Shown here: piece by piece, positions 63,726 through 64,000 of the stretch
Layout: each line of letters starts with the position of its first letter
Numbering within the stretch: the stretch's first letter is position 1
From: Dehalococcoidia bacterium
GTDB lineage: Bacteria; Chloroflexota; Dehalococcoidia; Lucifugimonadales; G965248475
Length of the DNA stretch: 64,000 nt
Assembly: GCA_965248475.1 (NCBI GenBank)
Contig: OZ252106.1
Location: forward strand, 20,746-84,745
Direction of reading: 5' to 3'
Notes under the pieces: generated by a model
Seen by the model: the letters and a program-made list of their open reading frames with translations, nothing else
Databases searched by the model: none
What the model was told of the DNA's origin: nothing
Program-made: the position numbers and the translations under genes

Positions 63726-64000
63726 TTAGCCTCCTAGGTACAGACTGGCTACTTGCGGGTTGTCCAGCAGGTCAGGGCCGGTGTCGTCCAGCCGGTTTTC
63801 CCCCGCAACCAGAACGTAGCCTCGGTGCGACATTCGCAGCGCTTCGCGGGCGTTTTGCTCTACCAGCAGCACGGCTACGCCGCTTCGATTAATGTCCCTG
63901 ATGCGCTCGAAGACCAGGCCCATCATCTCTGGAGAGAGCCCGGCGGAGGGTTCGTCCAGCAGTATCAGCGCAGGGTCCAGCATCAGCGCGCGGGCGAGGG
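63726..64000 (-). CDS. livF: ABC transporter ATP-binding protein (LivF-like), C-terminal part; gene continues beyond the window
   Basis: ..LLDEPSAGLSP (Walker B/D loop), ..LLVEQNA (H-loop region), C-terminal ..ASLYLGG. Confidence 0.85.
   Translation of the reverse strand, partial: LARALMLDPALILLDEPSAGLSPEMMGLVFERIRDINRSGVAVLLVEQNAREALRMSHRGYVLVAGENRLDDTGPDLLDNPQVASLYLGG

Noticed and set aside
1-64000. CRISPR arrays, rRNA genes, additional tRNAs
   Set aside because: I saw no regularly spaced direct repeats with unique spacers and no rRNA-like stretches. The only GGTTCGA-type T-arm signatures are at 1106..1182 and 39164..39191.

Overview
64-kb segment of a high-GC bacterial chromosome. Gene content (inositol-lipid genes, MshA-like GT4, DUF5671-like membrane protein) suggests a Chloroflexota- or Actinomycetota-like lineage, but this cannot be proven from the sequence alone. 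About 1.2-38.9 kb is core: csoR-copA, nitroreductase-pirin-pgi, ino1/GT4/CDP-alcohol transferase, glyA, rpsF-ssb-rpsR, hom-thrC-folE, an M50 protease and a CaCA antiporter. Its intergenic spaces carry a modular, same-strand mosaic repeat family, and some repeat heads are perfect G-quadruplex motifs. The window starts inside an integrated element whose large serine recombinase ORF runs antisense into tRNA-Ile(GAT). At 39.19-51.06 kb lies an ~11.9-kb island downstream of an orphan tRNA-like 3' end. It is bounded by a 9-bp direct repeat and 23-bp inverted repeats that rebuild a 50-bp palindromic attP. Its cargo is restriction-like genes, a fused nuclease-methyltransferase, two vapBC pairs, a double wHTH protein, a frameshifted Xis-like gene and a serine recombinase broken by a perfect 17-bp tandem duplication. 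It abuts the remnant of a third related recombinase, so the site has been used repeatedly. 51.4-60.3 kb looks like decayed accessory DNA: IS1380 and IS3 fragments, an ECF sigma module and secreted proteins. A liv-type ABC transporter follows. Several ORFs are interrupted at G/C homopolymers or by short tandem duplications, and I cannot separate real decay from assembly error. No CRISPR array or rRNA was seen. All homology calls come from motif recognition by eye, not searches.
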